Origin: Chlamydiota bacterium
GTDB lineage: Bacteria > Chlamydiota > Chlamydiia > Chlamydiales > RGXB01
Direction: 5' to 3'
Length of the DNA stretch: 64,000 bases
Assembly (NCBI GenBank): GCA_947494155.1
Contig: CANLTW010000002.1
Location: forward strand, 75,922-139,921
Of this stretch, positions 1-10,306 are shown piece after piece. The position numbers were made by a program, and so were the translations under genes. The notes beneath the pieces were generated by a model. It was not told the origin of the DNA, ran no database searches, and worked only from the letters and a program-made list of their open reading frames with translations. The number at the start of each line of letters is the position of its first letter. The first letter of the stretch is position 1.

Positions 1-596
1 GCAAAGCGCCCTTTATAGATTTGGCGCAATTGCCCACCTCTATACGAGCTGATGACCGATTGGGGGGAAAATCTCACAAAAAAAAGATCCCCGTTTGGGG
101 TGATGCAAGGTTCGGCGGACTGCTCGACACCCAGTGTGCTCTCTTTGCTATTAGGATTGTCCAGATGGACTAGTGCTAACGTTTTCTCTCTTGAAATATG
201 ATTAGAATAGGTCTGGTACGCTATTTTTCGATCGCCTAACCAGCTACAGGGACTCGACTCAATCCCCGTATACGTGTGCCTCTCAAGATTATCCCCGTTA
301 AGAGCTACAGAAAACAGATCCCAGTTAGGTAGGAAATCGACTTTTCCTACAAACGCAATCCTCTCCCCATTTTTAGAAAATTTAGGATAGCTTATCGACC
401 CGTTATCCTTCAAAAGGGGTGTTGCCCGTACATGATTTTGCTCTATTCTCCCATACCAAAGGTTTCCCCCCTGGATAAAAACGATCTCATCTCCCCGAAT
501 ATCTGGCTGGATACAGATGCTCTCTTTGGCTATTATCGTACCTACCCATAAGAAGAGTAAAAGGGGAAATTTTAGTCGTCTTAATCCAAAAATCAT
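1..596 (-). CDS. Tricorn-protease-homologue / TolB-like periplasmic protease, N-terminal part (gene continues past the window start)
   Basis: Absent from the ORF track because it runs off the edge. My minus-strand translation from the ATG at 596-594 reads MIFGLRRLKFPLLLFLWVGTIIAKESICIQPDIRGDEIVFIQGGNLWYGRIEQNHVRATPLLKDNGSISYPKFSKNGERIAFVGK... and stays open to nt 1. It has a signal-peptide-like start followed by the PDIxGDxIVF / GxLW / PxFSxxGxxIAF pattern typical of tricorn-like protease N-termini. Confidence 0.6.
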   Translation of the reverse strand, partial: MIFGLRRLKFPLLLFLWVGTIIAKESICIQPDIRGDEIVFIQGGNLWYGRIEQNHVRATPLLKDNGSISYPKFSKNGERIAFVGKVDFLPNWDLFSVALNGDNLERHTYTGIESSPCSWLGDRKIAYQTYSNHISREKTLALVHLDNPNSKESTLGVEQSAEPCITPNGDLFFVRFSPQSVISSYRGGQLRQIYKGRF

Positions 597-632
597 AAAA
601 TCCTTCTTAAAAGTGGTTGTCGTTAAGATTAA

Positions 633-1409
633 TCAATCCTCTAATAGTACAAGATTTTGCTTTGTTGCTCCTTGCAAAACCCCCCACATTACATATATCC
701 ATGTAGCAAGGAAAAAAAACCAATCGAAATGGTACATGAAACCAAAAAGAAGCGTCAACATGATTAAAGAGATCGCAAATACACTAGAAAAGGTTAATTG
801 TTCTTTTTGGATCCATTTTAAAGAGACAAATCTTTTCACGCTGATCATCGCGTACGCTAACAAAATCATAAAAAACGGGGCAAAATAGGACAATATATGG
901 GAACCGAAAAGCTCTACAACAGAAGGGTTGCAAAAAAACAGCTGCATCGATAGGGCGGCCATCGCGGCTGCAGGTATAGGCAAGCCGGTATAGATCTTGT
1001 GATTTTGTGTTTTTTTTTCCCCTAAAGTCAGAACATTAAACCGTACAAGCCTTAGAACACCACACAACGAAAAAAGCATAGCCCCCCAAAAAGTGAAAAA
1101 ATAGGGGAGGGTTTTTGGGACAACTTGTGCAGTTTTCATCAGTAAAACGGCAGGGGCTAAACCGAATGTAATCGCATCAGATAAAGAATCAAAATTCATC
1201 CCAAAGAGGCTCTCCCCTTTTAACCGACGCGCAACAAAGCCATCCAAAACATCAATACAGGCAGCGGTCAAAATCAAAAGTGAAGATCTGAAAAGTAAAA
1301 TTTTTGGCTCTAAAGTAGCATCATAAAGGGTCGCTTTAAAGATAACGAACAATCCGATCGATAGTCCAAGGGCTGTGATGACGTTGGGAACAACATATGG
1401 TTTTTTCAT
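633..1409 (-). CDS. pssA: CDP-diacylglycerol--serine O-phosphatidyltransferase (CDP-alcohol phosphatidyltransferase family)
   Basis: The motif DVLDGFVARRLKGESLFGMNFDSLSDAITFG matches D-G-x2-A-R-x8-G-x3-D-x3-D, and the protein is multi-TM. I prefer the start at MKKPYVVPNVIT (nt 1409) over the upstream ATG at 1454. Confidence 0.85.
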   Translation of the reverse strand: MKKPYVVPNVITALGLSIGLFVIFKATLYDATLEPKILLFRSSLLILTAACIDVLDGFVARRLKGESLFGMNFDSLSDAITFGLAPAVLLMKTAQVVPKTLPYFFTFWGAMLFSLCGVLRLVRFNVLTLGEKKTQNHKIYTGLPIPAAAMAALSMQLFFCNPSVVELFGSHILSYFAPFFMILLAYAMISVKRFVSLKWIQKEQLTFSSVFAISLIMLTLLFGFMYHFDWFFFLATWIYVMWGVLQGATKQNLVLLED

Positions 1410-1585
1410 GTGATTTAAACCCCGATTTTTGCTACAATCATGCACGAAGCCCACCTTATATTTGAACGATATTCTTTAACCTCAAACATCCCCTAGTTTA
1501 AAAAAAATTTCCCCTCGAAAGAAATTTTTTCCTCAGAGGAGAAGAAAAGCTTTTGTTTTTTTTAAACTAGACAAATTGTGTCGAT

Positions 1586-1636
1586 TTACAATATATAGTG
1601 TGTCATAAGCGTAAATGAATACAACATGTAGTGTTG
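1586..1636 (+). promoter_or_regulatory. Candidate tandem NrdR boxes in front of nrdAB
   Basis: There are two 16-bp AT-cored palindrome-like sites. ttacaatatatagtgtgt (1586-1603) matches the reverse complement acactatatattgt at about 14/16 to the NrdR consensus acaCwAtATaTwGtgt. acaacatgtagtgttg (1621-1636) contains the arms caaca/tgttg. A third short palindrome, acaaattgt, sits at 1571-1579. Box 2 lies just 5' of the SD gagga (1637-1641). Confidence 0.5.
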
Positions 1637-1645
1637 CGAGGAATC

Positions 1646-4600
1646 ATGAGTGAAGAGAAGACAACCACCAGTTCAGCCTTGATTAATCAATCCTGGGTGA
1701 AAAATAACAACGGCGTCAGTTTAACTGTTGTCAAGCGTAACGGCCATGTTGTTCCGTTCAATGCCCAGCGCATACATCGTGCGATCGAGTCTGCATTTAA
1801 GGACGTAAAGAAGACCCCCGACGTGACTAGTTTCTACCAAGAGATCGGTTCTTTGACCGAGGTGGTCGTCTCCTCGTGCATACAGGATAGCAACCAGGGA
1901 AAAACACTCACCGTCGAAGGGATTCAAGACCTCGTAGAGATCATCTTGATGAAAAAAGGGTATCACGATGTCGCCAGAGGCTACATCACTTACCGCAACG
2001 AGCATAAAGCCATTCGGGAGCAAGGGATTGATAGCGTCCGAATTTTTAGACGAGATGGCTCTACTTTAGTTCGCCTCAATCCGGTAAAAATCGCCTCATC
2101 GATTGAATTCGCCTTGCGTACTGGGCACCAAAACGAGAGTATCGCTATCCCTGAAAATCTTTTTGAAATGGTCAACCCCCTTACATCGCTTATTTTGGAA
2201 AAAGTGCTCCAAAAGTGGCAAAACCAGGAGCTCTTATCAGTGCACGTGATTCAAGATCTCGTTGAAGAGGCCCTAATGGACAAGCGCCATTTCAGCGCGG
2301 CAAAAGCCTATATCCTCAAGCAAGCAAACGAGGGAAAAGTCCATCCAAAAACTGAAACACGATCGGCCAAAGCCCATACTTTCCAAGTAAAAACTAAAAG
2401 CGGAGAGCCACGCTCCATCAGCGAAGACGAAATCCGTAACAAAATCGCTTTTGCTTGCAAAGGCTTTGAATCGATTATCCAGGTTGAAGAGCTTACGCAA
2501 TCGACGATCCAAAACTTCTACGAGGGGATCCTTGAAGACGAGGTGGATCAAGCCATGGTGTTGGCAGCCAGAGCTATGGTCGAAAAAGACCCTTGTTATG
2601 CAGAAATTTCGGCCAGATTGCTCCTAGATATTGTCTACCGTGAAGCGCTTGGCATTTCGATGATGGATCCGTCATTAAACCGTAGGCATAAAGAGTATTT
2701 CCCCAACTATATCCGCCGCGGTATTTCACTCGGCCGACTTTCCCATGAGCTACTCGATTTCGATTTGACAAAACTCCAAGACTCGCTCGAAATTTCAAGG
2801 GATTTCAGTTTTAAATATCTTGGGCTGCAGACTCTTTACGATCGCTACTTCATCCATCACGAAAGAAAGAGAATGGAGACACCCCAAATTTTCTGGATGC
2901 GCGTTGCGATGGGGTTGGCTATTAAAGAGGCTAATCGCACCGAGAGGGCTATCGAATTTTACCATACCCTTTCCCAATTCCACTTTGTATCGAGCACGCC
3001 TACCCTCTTCAACGCAGGTACGCAGCATTCGCAGCTGAGTTCGTGTTATCTCTCGACTGTAATGGATGATCTGGAAAACATTTTCAAAATCATTTCGGAT
3101 GATGCACGCCTATCCAAGTGGGCGGGTGGCCTCGGAAATGACTGGACAAATGTCCGTGCTACCGGTTCACGCATTAAAGGGACAAACGGAGAGAGTCAAG
3201 GGGTGATCCCCTTTTTAAAAGTCGCAAACGATGTAGCCGTTGCAGTAAATCAAGGGGGTAAGCGCAAAGGAGCGATGTGTGCCTACCTTGAAGTGTGGCA
3301 TCTTGACATCGAAGATTTTATTGAACTTAGAAAAAATACCGGAGATGAAAGAAGGCGTACGCATGACATGAATACAGCTAACTGGATTCCCGATCTTTTT
3401 ATGAAAAGAGTGCACGAAAATAAGCCTTGGACCCTCTTTTCCCCTTGCGACACCCCCGATCTTCATGATCTCTACGGTAAAGAATTCGAAGAGCGTTATG
3501 AGCACTATGAAAAGCTTGCAGAAGCTGGAAAAATTGGCCTATCGAAAAAAATAGAGGCGACCGCTTTATGGAGAAAAATGCTGGGGATGCTTTTTGAAAC
3601 AGGTCACCCTTGGGTGACTTTCAAAGACCCCTCAAACATCCGTTCTCCCCAAGACCATGAGGGGGTTGTCCACAGCTCTAATCTTTGTACCGAGATTCTG
3701 TTGAACACCTCGATCAAAGAGACCGCTGTTTGCAACCTTGGGTCGATCAACCTCGAAAAACATATAAGCCAAGGCAAGCTCGACACAAAGTTGCTCGAAA
3801 AAACGGTTACAACAGCTGTACGAATGCTCGACAACGTGATCGATATCAATTTCTATCCGATTCCGGATGCAGAGTACGCAAACTTGCGTCACCGCCCGAT
3901 CGGGTTAGGATTGATGGGATTCCAGGATGCGCTTTACATGATGGACATCAGTTATGCCAGCCATGAAGCGATCGAATTTGCAGATTCCAGTATGGAGCAC
4001 ATCTCCTATTTTGCGATCCTGGCATCCAGCCAGCTTGCTAAGGAGCGTGGCGCTTACCAAACATACAAAGGCTCCAAATGGGATCGTGGTCTTTTGCCGA
4101 TCGACACGATCCAGCTTTTAAAAGATGAGAGAGGCGGGTTTTTAGAACAAGACACCACAACACGCCTCAATTGGGACGTTGTACGCGCCTCTATTAAGGA
4201 AAACGGGATGCGCAATTCCAATACGATGGCGATTGCTCCGACCGCTACTATCGCTAATATCACAGGGATAGTGCAGTCCATAGAGCCCTCTTTTAAAAAC
4301 ATCTATGTGAAATCCAACCTATCAGGGGAATTTACGGTACCTAACGTGCATCTTGTCAACAAACTCAAAGAGCTCCAACTTTGGGATGCTGAGATGATCG
4401 ATGACCTTAAATATTACGACGGTTCCATTCTAGAGATTGAAAGGATTCCTGAAGAGGTGAAGAAAGTCTACTTGACCGCATTTGAAATCGACCCTACCTG
4501 GATTATCGAATGTGCATCAAGACGTCAAAAATGGATCGATATGGGGCAATCCTTGAACCTCTATATCGATCAACCAAGCGGTAAAAAGATTCATGACATG

Positions 4601-4819
4601 TATCTGCTCGCTTGGACGAAAGGGTTGAAAACTACTTATTATTTACGTAGTAGAGCCGCAACCCAAATTGAGAAATCCACCACCGATATCAACAAGCGTG
4701 GATTGCAGCCGAAGTGGATGAAGAGTGTCTCTGCCTCGGCCAATATTAAAGTAGACCGTAGTCCGGAAAGCAAGCCTAAGGTGTGCTCTTTGGACGAGGG
4801 TTGCGAAAGCTGTCAATAA
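1646..4819 (+). CDS. nrdA: Ribonucleoside-diphosphate reductase alpha subunit with repeated N-terminal ATP-cones
   Basis: Class I R1 core motifs are present (SSCYL, NLCTEI, C-terminal CxxC tail CESCQ). Three ATP-cone-like repeats begin [25 protein letters not shown] and [14 protein letters not shown] prefer the ATG at 1646, which follows an SD, over the GTG at 1631. Confidence 0.95.
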   Translation: MSEEKTTTSSALINQSWVKNNNGVSLTVVKRNGHVVPFNAQRIHRAIESAFKDVKKTPDVTSFYQEIGSLTEVVVSSCIQDSNQGKTLTVEGIQDLVEIILMKKGYHDVARGYITYRNEHKAIREQGIDSVRIFRRDGSTLVRLNPVKIASSIEFALRTGHQNESIAIPENLFEMVNPLTSLILEKVLQKWQNQELLSVHVIQDLVEEALMDKRHFSAAKAYILKQANEGKVHPKTETRSAKAHTFQVKTKSGEPRSISEDEIRNKIAFACKGFESIIQVEELTQSTIQNFYEGILEDEVDQAMVLAARAMVEKDPCYAEISARLLLDIVYREALGISMMDPSLNRRHKEYFPNYIRRGISLGRLSHELLDFDLTKLQDSLEISRDFSFKYLGLQTLYDRYFIHHERKRMETPQIFWMRVAMGLAIKEANRTERAIEFYHTLSQFHFVSSTPTLFNAGTQHSQLSSCYLSTVMDDLENIFKIISDDARLSKWAGGLGNDWTNVRATGSRIKGTNGESQGVIPFLKVANDVAVAVNQGGKRKGAMCAYLEVWHLDIEDFIELRKNTGDERRRTHDMNTANWIPDLFMKRVHENKPWTLFSPCDTPDLHDLYGKEFEERYEHYEKLAEAGKIGLSKKIEATALWRKMLGMLFETGHPWVTFKDPSNIRSPQDHEGVVHSSNLCTEILLNTSIKETAVCNLGSINLEKHISQGKLDTKLLEKTVTTAVRMLDNVIDINFYPIPDAEYANLRHRPIGLGLMGFQDALYMMDISYASHEAIEFADSSMEHISYFAILASSQLAKERGAYQTYKGSKWDRGLLPIDTIQLLKDERGGFLEQDTTTRLNWDVVRASIKENGMRNSNTMAIAPTATIANITGIVQSIEPSFKNIYVKSNLSGEFTVPNVHLVNKLKELQLWDAEMIDDLKYYDGSILEIERIPEEVKKVYLTAFEIDPTWIIECASRRQKWIDMGQSLNLYIDQPSGKKIHDMYLLAWTKGLKTTYYLRSRAATQIEKSTTDINKRGLQPKWMKSVSASANIKVDRSPESKPKVCSLDEGCESCQ

Positions 4820-4880
4820 AAATACAAGTAGTGTTTTAAGCCACGAGACCGTGGTCGAAAAAAATTTAAGGGGAATTAGA

Positions 4881-5906
4881 ATGAAAAATACAGAACGATT
4901 GAAAGCTGATCAAAAAAAGCTGATCAATAACAGTAAAGTAGATGTCAACCAACTTATGCCCCTAAAATACCACTGGGCATGGGAACATTACCTCAATGGA
5001 TGCGCAAACCATTGGATGCCAACCGAGGTATCCATGCAGTCGGATATCGAACTTTGGAAATCTAATCGTCTGACTGAAGGGGAGCGCCTCCTTGTGATGA
5101 GAAACTTGGGTTTTTTTTCGACAGCAGAGAGCTTGGTAGGGAACAATATAGTCCTTGCTATTTTCCGCCATCTTACCAATCCCGAGGCGCGTCAGTATCT
5201 TTTACGCCAAGGTTTTGAAGAAGCGATCCACACCCATACATTCCATTACATAGTTGAATCTCTAGCTCTCGATCCGGGTGAAATTTTTAATATGTATCAG
5301 GAAATCGACTCGATCCATGATAAAGATGCTTTTGAGATGAAAATCACCGAAGCGGTTCTTAAAAGCGATTTTACCACCGAAACCACAGAAGGGGCTCAAA
5401 AATTTCTGGAAAACCTGATTGGGTACTATGTGATCATGGAGGGGATCTTTTTTTACAGCGGTTTTGCCATGATCCTCTCATTGCACCGTCAAAACAAAAT
5501 GGTCGGTATCGGCGAACAATTCAAATACATCCTGCGTGACGAAACAATTCACCTCAATTTCGGTATCGATCTTATCAATACGATTAAAGAGGAAAATCCG
5601 CATCTTTGGACAAACGCGTTTCAACAACACATCTATAATTTGATAGATGAGGCTGTAGAACTTGAAATCCGTTACGCCAAAGACTGTTTGCCTCATGGGG
5701 TACTCGGTTTGACAACCGGTATGTTCAAAGAATACGTCGGTTATATTGCTGACAGACGCCTTGAGCGCATCGGCCTCGAGGCACGCTACCACACGAAAAA
5801 TCCCTTCCCCTGGTTAAGCGAAACTATCGACCTGGAGAAGGAGGGGAACTTCTTCGAAAGAAGAGTTACCGATTACCAATCGGCCTCTAACCTCTCTTGG
5901 ACTTAA
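4881..5906 (+). CDS. nrdB: Ribonucleoside-diphosphate reductase beta subunit, class Ic type
   Basis: It has ferritin-like R2 metal-site blocks: [29 protein letters not shown] and RDETIHL. Phe (nt 5241-5243) sits at the radical-Tyr position and Glu (5127-5129) at the first-ligand Asp position. I prefer the ATG at 4881, which follows aagggga. Confidence 0.95.
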   Translation: MKNTERLKADQKKLINNSKVDVNQLMPLKYHWAWEHYLNGCANHWMPTEVSMQSDIELWKSNRLTEGERLLVMRNLGFFSTAESLVGNNIVLAIFRHLTNPEARQYLLRQGFEEAIHTHTFHYIVESLALDPGEIFNMYQEIDSIHDKDAFEMKITEAVLKSDFTTETTEGAQKFLENLIGYYVIMEGIFFYSGFAMILSLHRQNKMVGIGEQFKYILRDETIHLNFGIDLINTIKEENPHLWTNAFQQHIYNLIDEAVELEIRYAKDCLPHGVLGLTTGMFKEYVGYIADRRLERIGLEARYHTKNPFPWLSETIDLEKEGNFFERRVTDYQSASNLSWT

Positions 5907-5913
5907 GATAAAC

Positions 5914-5942
5914 ACAACCCCCCTAAAAAAAAGGGGGGTTGT
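5914..5942 (+). terminator. Hairpin terminator after nrdB
   Basis: A perfect 10-bp stem, acaacccccc / ggggggttgt, encloses a 9-nt loop. It lies 8 nt after the nrdB stop. Confidence 0.7.
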
Positions 5943-6023
5943 CGTTTAAAAAGAAAGTGGAAAGGATGGAACGAAAAAAGCTATAATCTTAAATTCAAAT
6001 CTTAATACGTATAGGAATAGGGT

Positions 6024-8813
6024 ATGCAAGTCCACAATTTCAAATTTGAAGAGAGCCATTACATCGATGAGATCTGCTCAACCTTTTTGAAATACGTTCA
6101 TCCAAGCGGTCTTCAAGTCATCAAAATCAATAACCTTGACCCTCAAAATGTCGCTAGCATCCATTTTCGAACGATTCCGGAAAACTCCAATGGTTGCCCC
6201 CACATTTTAGAGCATGTGGTTTTATGCGGATCAAAAAAATACGATGTCAAAGACCCTTTTTTCTCCATGTTAAGGCGCTCGATAGCCGGTTTTGCAAACG
6301 CTTTCACGGGCTCTGATTTTACCGCTTACCCTTTTGCCGCACATGTGAAAGAGGACTTTTTTAATCTATTTGAGGTCTATTTAGACGCTGTTTTTCACCC
6401 TCTTATCGACAAGGCCAGTTTTCTACAGGAGGGATCCCGTTACACTGAAGAGGGGTACAAAGGGATAGTTTTCAACGAAATGAAGCAGGCGCATAGCTCT
6501 TTGCATGATCGATTTCACCATGAAACTCTGTGTCAGCTTTTCCCTGATACCTCCTATAGATTTGATAGCGGCGGAACCCCGAAAGAGATTGTCACTTTAA
6601 CTTATGAAGAGCTTGTCGCATTCCATAAGGAGAACTACCACCCCTCGAATGCACTCATTTTTTTATATGGAAATTTAGATATTGATGCACAGCTGACTGC
6701 AATAGAAAAATCGATCAAGGATATTCCGGACAAACCAAAACACACGAAACACAGAGTTCTTCAGCCCCGATTTACACAAAAAAAAGAGCACCACACCTTT
6801 TATCCTGCAACGGAAGAGGACAAAACAAAACATCTCACTATCGGGTTTGTTTTGGGGGATCAAAGAGATCAGGATCATCTTCTCGACGCCCTTTTTTTTA
6901 AAAGCTATCTTGCCGGACATGATGGATCTCCTCTTCAAAGGGCAATCATGGGGGAAAACCTTGCAAGCTCAGTAGATGTTATGCTGGACCTAGAGGTATT
7001 AGAGCCCTACATCTATTTTATTTTTAAAGATGTTCTCGATGGCCAAAAACTGATCGCAACATTTGATAAAACTCTAGAAAAAATAAGCTTAGAGGGATTC
7101 GATGAGGGGGCAAAAAATGCCAGCCTGCACCAACTGAAAATCGCTTTTTTAAATACTGTTGAAGAGGGCTACCCTACCGGGATTGTACTTTTTTTTAAAG
7201 GGGTGCTCCCCTATTTTAATGGAGCAGATCCTTTAGAACTTTTTTGTTTTAAAAAGCGGTTGGAAAAACTCGAAAAAAGGGTTGCCGATCCCCTCTATTT
7301 GAAAAAAGCAATACAACAGATCTTCCTGAATAATTCCCATCGGACCGAGGTGCACTTTACCAACAAACCCCATCTTTTAGAGGAAGAGCTCCCCAAACCT
7401 TTAGCGCTTGATGCTGAGACAAAAAAAAGGATTGCCCAAGAGAATCATTTAATTGAGTCCAAGCAGTCAAAACCTCAAAATTCCTCCTGTCTTCCCATTT
7501 TACACATAGAACAGCTCCCTCCGCGACCACCCACCTACCCTTTGGAAAAGAAGGGGGGCGAGATCCCGATTTTTGTGCACAATAGCTGGACTAACGGGCT
7601 TAGCTATTTTCATTTGATGATCGATCTTCCCGATCTTGATGAAAACGGCTCCCATTATCTAGGACTTTTGGTGCACCTTCTAGGAGCTATTGGGACCAAA
7701 AAAAGGAATTTTAACCTGGTTATCGAAAAAAAAGAGTCTATTCTTTCTCAGTTTTTATTGCGGATCGATGCAACCGAAAAAAATTTAATTTTGTATCTTG
7801 AGGCAGAGAGTCTTTCGGAAAATTTAAAAGAGGGTTTTCGCCTTGTCCAAGAAATTCTTGAAGAGACGGTATTTAGTGAAAAAGAGCGTTTGCAAGAGAT
7901 CATGAAAGATCTTTTTAATAGACTCAAAGCGCGCTTCACTCAGCGATCGTACGGTCGTTGTATTTTACATGGAAAGTCTCACCTAAGAACGGCGTTTAAA
8001 GCAGTAGAAAACGCCAATGGCTTTTCTTTCTATAATTGGTTGAAAAAAGAGATCACAAAGCCTATAGATGCTACCATCAAAGGGTTGGAAACACTCTATC
8101 AGCGCCTGCTTAAAGGGGATGAATTATTGGAAATGTCTCTTTGTACAGACTTGAAAGAGATCCCCCCATTTTCTCTTCACGCACCAAAAACTCAAACTAC
8201 TTTTAAAAATCATGTCGTTGAGACTAAAAACCAATCCAAATTTTTCGGGTATTGCGTTCCTATTCAGGCCAGTGAAAATGCTTTCGTCTTCAATGGTTTT
8301 AGATTTGAAGATTCTGAAACGCCTATCGCAAGGGTTGTGGTTCAGCTTATCAAACATCTACAGCTGCATCCTATCCTTAGAGAAAAACATGGGGCCTATG
8401 GAGCCTCGATTTCAATGGATCCTGAGCAAGGATTATTTACGATGTTTACAACCTGTGATCCAAATATTGAATTAACCTACCAAATCTTTCAAGAGGTATT
8501 CAATCCGATTATTGCGGGGGAATTTAGCGAAGAAGATCTCTATGAAGCTAAACTTGCTGCTCTGCAGGTGACCGAGGAGATCTCTTTACTGAATATGCGA
8601 GCGCATGATCAATACTGGCGTAACCGATTAGGTCGAACTGAAACCAAAAGACTGGATGATCGGAATCGGTTGATCAAAGCGGATCGTTCTGCTATAAGGG
8701 AATGTACAGCAAAAATACTAGGCAATCTAACGGGTGGTATTTCGGTGACTCTATCGGCAAAAAAGGCTTTTGAGAACCTGAAGCATCATCCATCAACACT
8801 TGTGGAGCTTTAA
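6024..8813 (+). CDS. M16C (PreP/pitrilysin-like) zinc metallopeptidase
   Basis: The inverted zincin motif HILEH is followed by VVLCGSKKYDVKDPFFSMLRRS...NAFTGSDFTAYPF, the characteristic presequence-protease-type N-terminus. The 929-aa length fits a four-domain clamshell. Confidence 0.9.
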   Translation: MQVHNFKFEESHYIDEICSTFLKYVHPSGLQVIKINNLDPQNVASIHFRTIPENSNGCPHILEHVVLCGSKKYDVKDPFFSMLRRSIAGFANAFTGSDFTAYPFAAHVKEDFFNLFEVYLDAVFHPLIDKASFLQEGSRYTEEGYKGIVFNEMKQAHSSLHDRFHHETLCQLFPDTSYRFDSGGTPKEIVTLTYEELVAFHKENYHPSNALIFLYGNLDIDAQLTAIEKSIKDIPDKPKHTKHRVLQPRFTQKKEHHTFYPATEEDKTKHLTIGFVLGDQRDQDHLLDALFFKSYLAGHDGSPLQRAIMGENLASSVDVMLDLEVLEPYIYFIFKDVLDGQKLIATFDKTLEKISLEGFDEGAKNASLHQLKIAFLNTVEEGYPTGIVLFFKGVLPYFNGADPLELFCFKKRLEKLEKRVADPLYLKKAIQQIFLNNSHRTEVHFTNKPHLLEEELPKPLALDAETKKRIAQENHLIESKQSKPQNSSCLPILHIEQLPPRPPTYPLEKKGGEIPIFVHNSWTNGLSYFHLMIDLPDLDENGSHYLGLLVHLLGAIGTKKRNFNLVIEKKESILSQFLLRIDATEKNLILYLEAESLSENLKEGFRLVQEILEETVFSEKERLQEIMKDLFNRLKARFTQRSYGRCILHGKSHLRTAFKAVENANGFSFYNWLKKEITKPIDATIKGLETLYQRLLKGDELLEMSLCTDLKEIPPFSLHAPKTQTTFKNHVVETKNQSKFFGYCVPIQASENAFVFNGFRFEDSETPIARVVVQLIKHLQLHPILREKHGAYGASISMDPEQGLFTMFTTCDPNIELTYQIFQEVFNPIIAGEFSEEDLYEAKLAALQVTEEISLLNMRAHDQYWRNRLGRTETKRLDDRNRLIKADRSAIRECTAKILGNLTGGISVTLSAKKAFENLKHHPSTLVEL

Positions 8814-10273
8814 TGTTAAAACCATTTTCCTATTATTTAGTAGGCCTATACATCCCTTTCGGCCTCGCATCTGGGTTCATGTTAGGCGCCAACTCCTCGT
8901 CTACAACTAACTATGAACCTCGTTTAGATAAAAATTATGTTAAAATAGTAGATGAGGTGCAGCGCCCCTTTATTTATGTATCAACCAAAGCCAAAAGAAC
9001 GGTTGTGCAGCTTAAAGTCGAATGCGCCACCAATTCTCAACCCGATATGCATGGCTGGCCTTTCGATGATGAGTTTTTTAACCAATTCTTTGGAAAAAGA
9101 CCCCCTCAAGAGCAGCAGAAAGCTAAGTTAAGCCTTGGGACCGGATTTTTTGTCAGCCCAGACGGGTACATTCTCACTAACTATCATGTGGTGAAAAATG
9201 CAAAAAACATCAAAGTGAGCTTTCTGGACCACACCGAAAACGAGATGCCTGCCGAGTTCATCGGGGGCGATCCTAAAACGGATGTTGCGGTTATTAAGGT
9301 GAATGTCCAAGACCACGAATACCTCTCTTTTGCCGAAGACTCTAACTTAGAAGTGGGCCAATGTGTGATCGCCGCGGGCAACCCTTTTGAGCTTACAACC
9401 AGTATCACTATGGGGGTAATCTCCGCAAAAAATCGGAATAACTTGCAAATTACCGATGTGGGAGATTTTATCCAGACCGATGCAGCTATCAATCCGGGAA
9501 ATTCGGGTGGACCGTTGTTGAATCTTTATGGCGAAGTAGTTGGTATGAATACGGCTATTCTCTCCAATTCGGGGGGGTACATGGGTGTTGGATTTGCTAT
9601 CCCCTCCTCTATCTGCCAAAACATTATGTACCAGCTAAAAAAAGATGGTCAGGTGCGTTGGGGTTACCTTGGGGTCTCGGTTCAATTTATTGATCAGGAA
9701 CTTGGCGAAGCTTTCGGCACCTCGAAAGGGGCCCTTGTTGCCTCTGTGCAAAAGGGATCACCTGCAGATAAAGCGGGAGTCCTTACAGGAGATGTCATTC
9801 TTGGCGTCGACAGCAAAAACATCAATACTCCCCAAGAGCTCGAGTCTGCGGTGCGTTTAAAAACTCCGGGCAAAGAGATTGTTTTACGTGTCCTAAGAGA
9901 GAAAAAAGAGGTGAAGTTAAAAGCTACCATCGACGACAGAACTGCAACAGAGCTTGGAGAAGGTCATGACGCAAGGCTCGGGATTACCGTTGAACCTACG
10001 TCTCAAGGAACTCTTCAGCGCTATCAACATACCGTTTTGGATGTGGAAGGGGTTGTGGTAAAATCGATAGATGACAACTCTCTACTCAAAGGGAAAATCC
10101 AGATCGGTAACGTGATTAGCCAAATCAATAATAAGAAAATCCGCTCTGCGCAAGACTTTGTCGCAGCGATGAAAGAGGTGGAAAACAAAATTGCAACGCT
10201 CCTTGTTTTAAACCAGCGGGGTCAATATCTTTTTGTCAGTTTGGGCCCAGACCTAAAAAACAACAAAAAGTAA
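8813..10273 (+). CDS. htrA: HtrA/DegP periplasmic serine protease with two PDZ domains
   Basis: The catalytic triad contexts are TNYHVV, DVAVIKV and GNSGGPL. It has an N-terminal signal anchor. Its start overlaps the upstream stop (TAATG). Confidence 0.93.
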   Translation: MLKPFSYYLVGLYIPFGLASGFMLGANSSSTTNYEPRLDKNYVKIVDEVQRPFIYVSTKAKRTVVQLKVECATNSQPDMHGWPFDDEFFNQFFGKRPPQEQQKAKLSLGTGFFVSPDGYILTNYHVVKNAKNIKVSFLDHTENEMPAEFIGGDPKTDVAVIKVNVQDHEYLSFAEDSNLEVGQCVIAAGNPFELTTSITMGVISAKNRNNLQITDVGDFIQTDAAINPGNSGGPLLNLYGEVVGMNTAILSNSGGYMGVGFAIPSSICQNIMYQLKKDGQVRWGYLGVSVQFIDQELGEAFGTSKGALVASVQKGSPADKAGVLTGDVILGVDSKNINTPQELESAVRLKTPGKEIVLRVLREKKEVKLKATIDDRTATELGEGHDARLGITVEPTSQGTLQRYQHTVLDVEGVVVKSIDDNSLLKGKIQIGNVISQINNKKIRSAQDFVAAMKEVENKIATLLVLNQRGQYLFVSLGPDLKNNKK

Positions 10274-10280
10274 TCGCTAG

Positions 10281-10306
10281 AACCCGGTGATAAGCCGGGT
10301 TTTTTA
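10281..10306. terminator. Bidirectional hairpin between convergent htrA and the M50 protease gene
   Basis: The hairpin is aacccgg-tgataag-ccgggtt followed by a T-run. It sits between the two convergent stop codons. Confidence 0.7.

Noticed and set aside
517-888. A 123-aa plus-strand ORF
   Set aside because: It runs antisense across the start of the tricorn-like gene and the 3' end of pssA, both of which have strong family motifs. Its composition is low-complexity and Lys/Ile-rich, typical of an antisense artefact.
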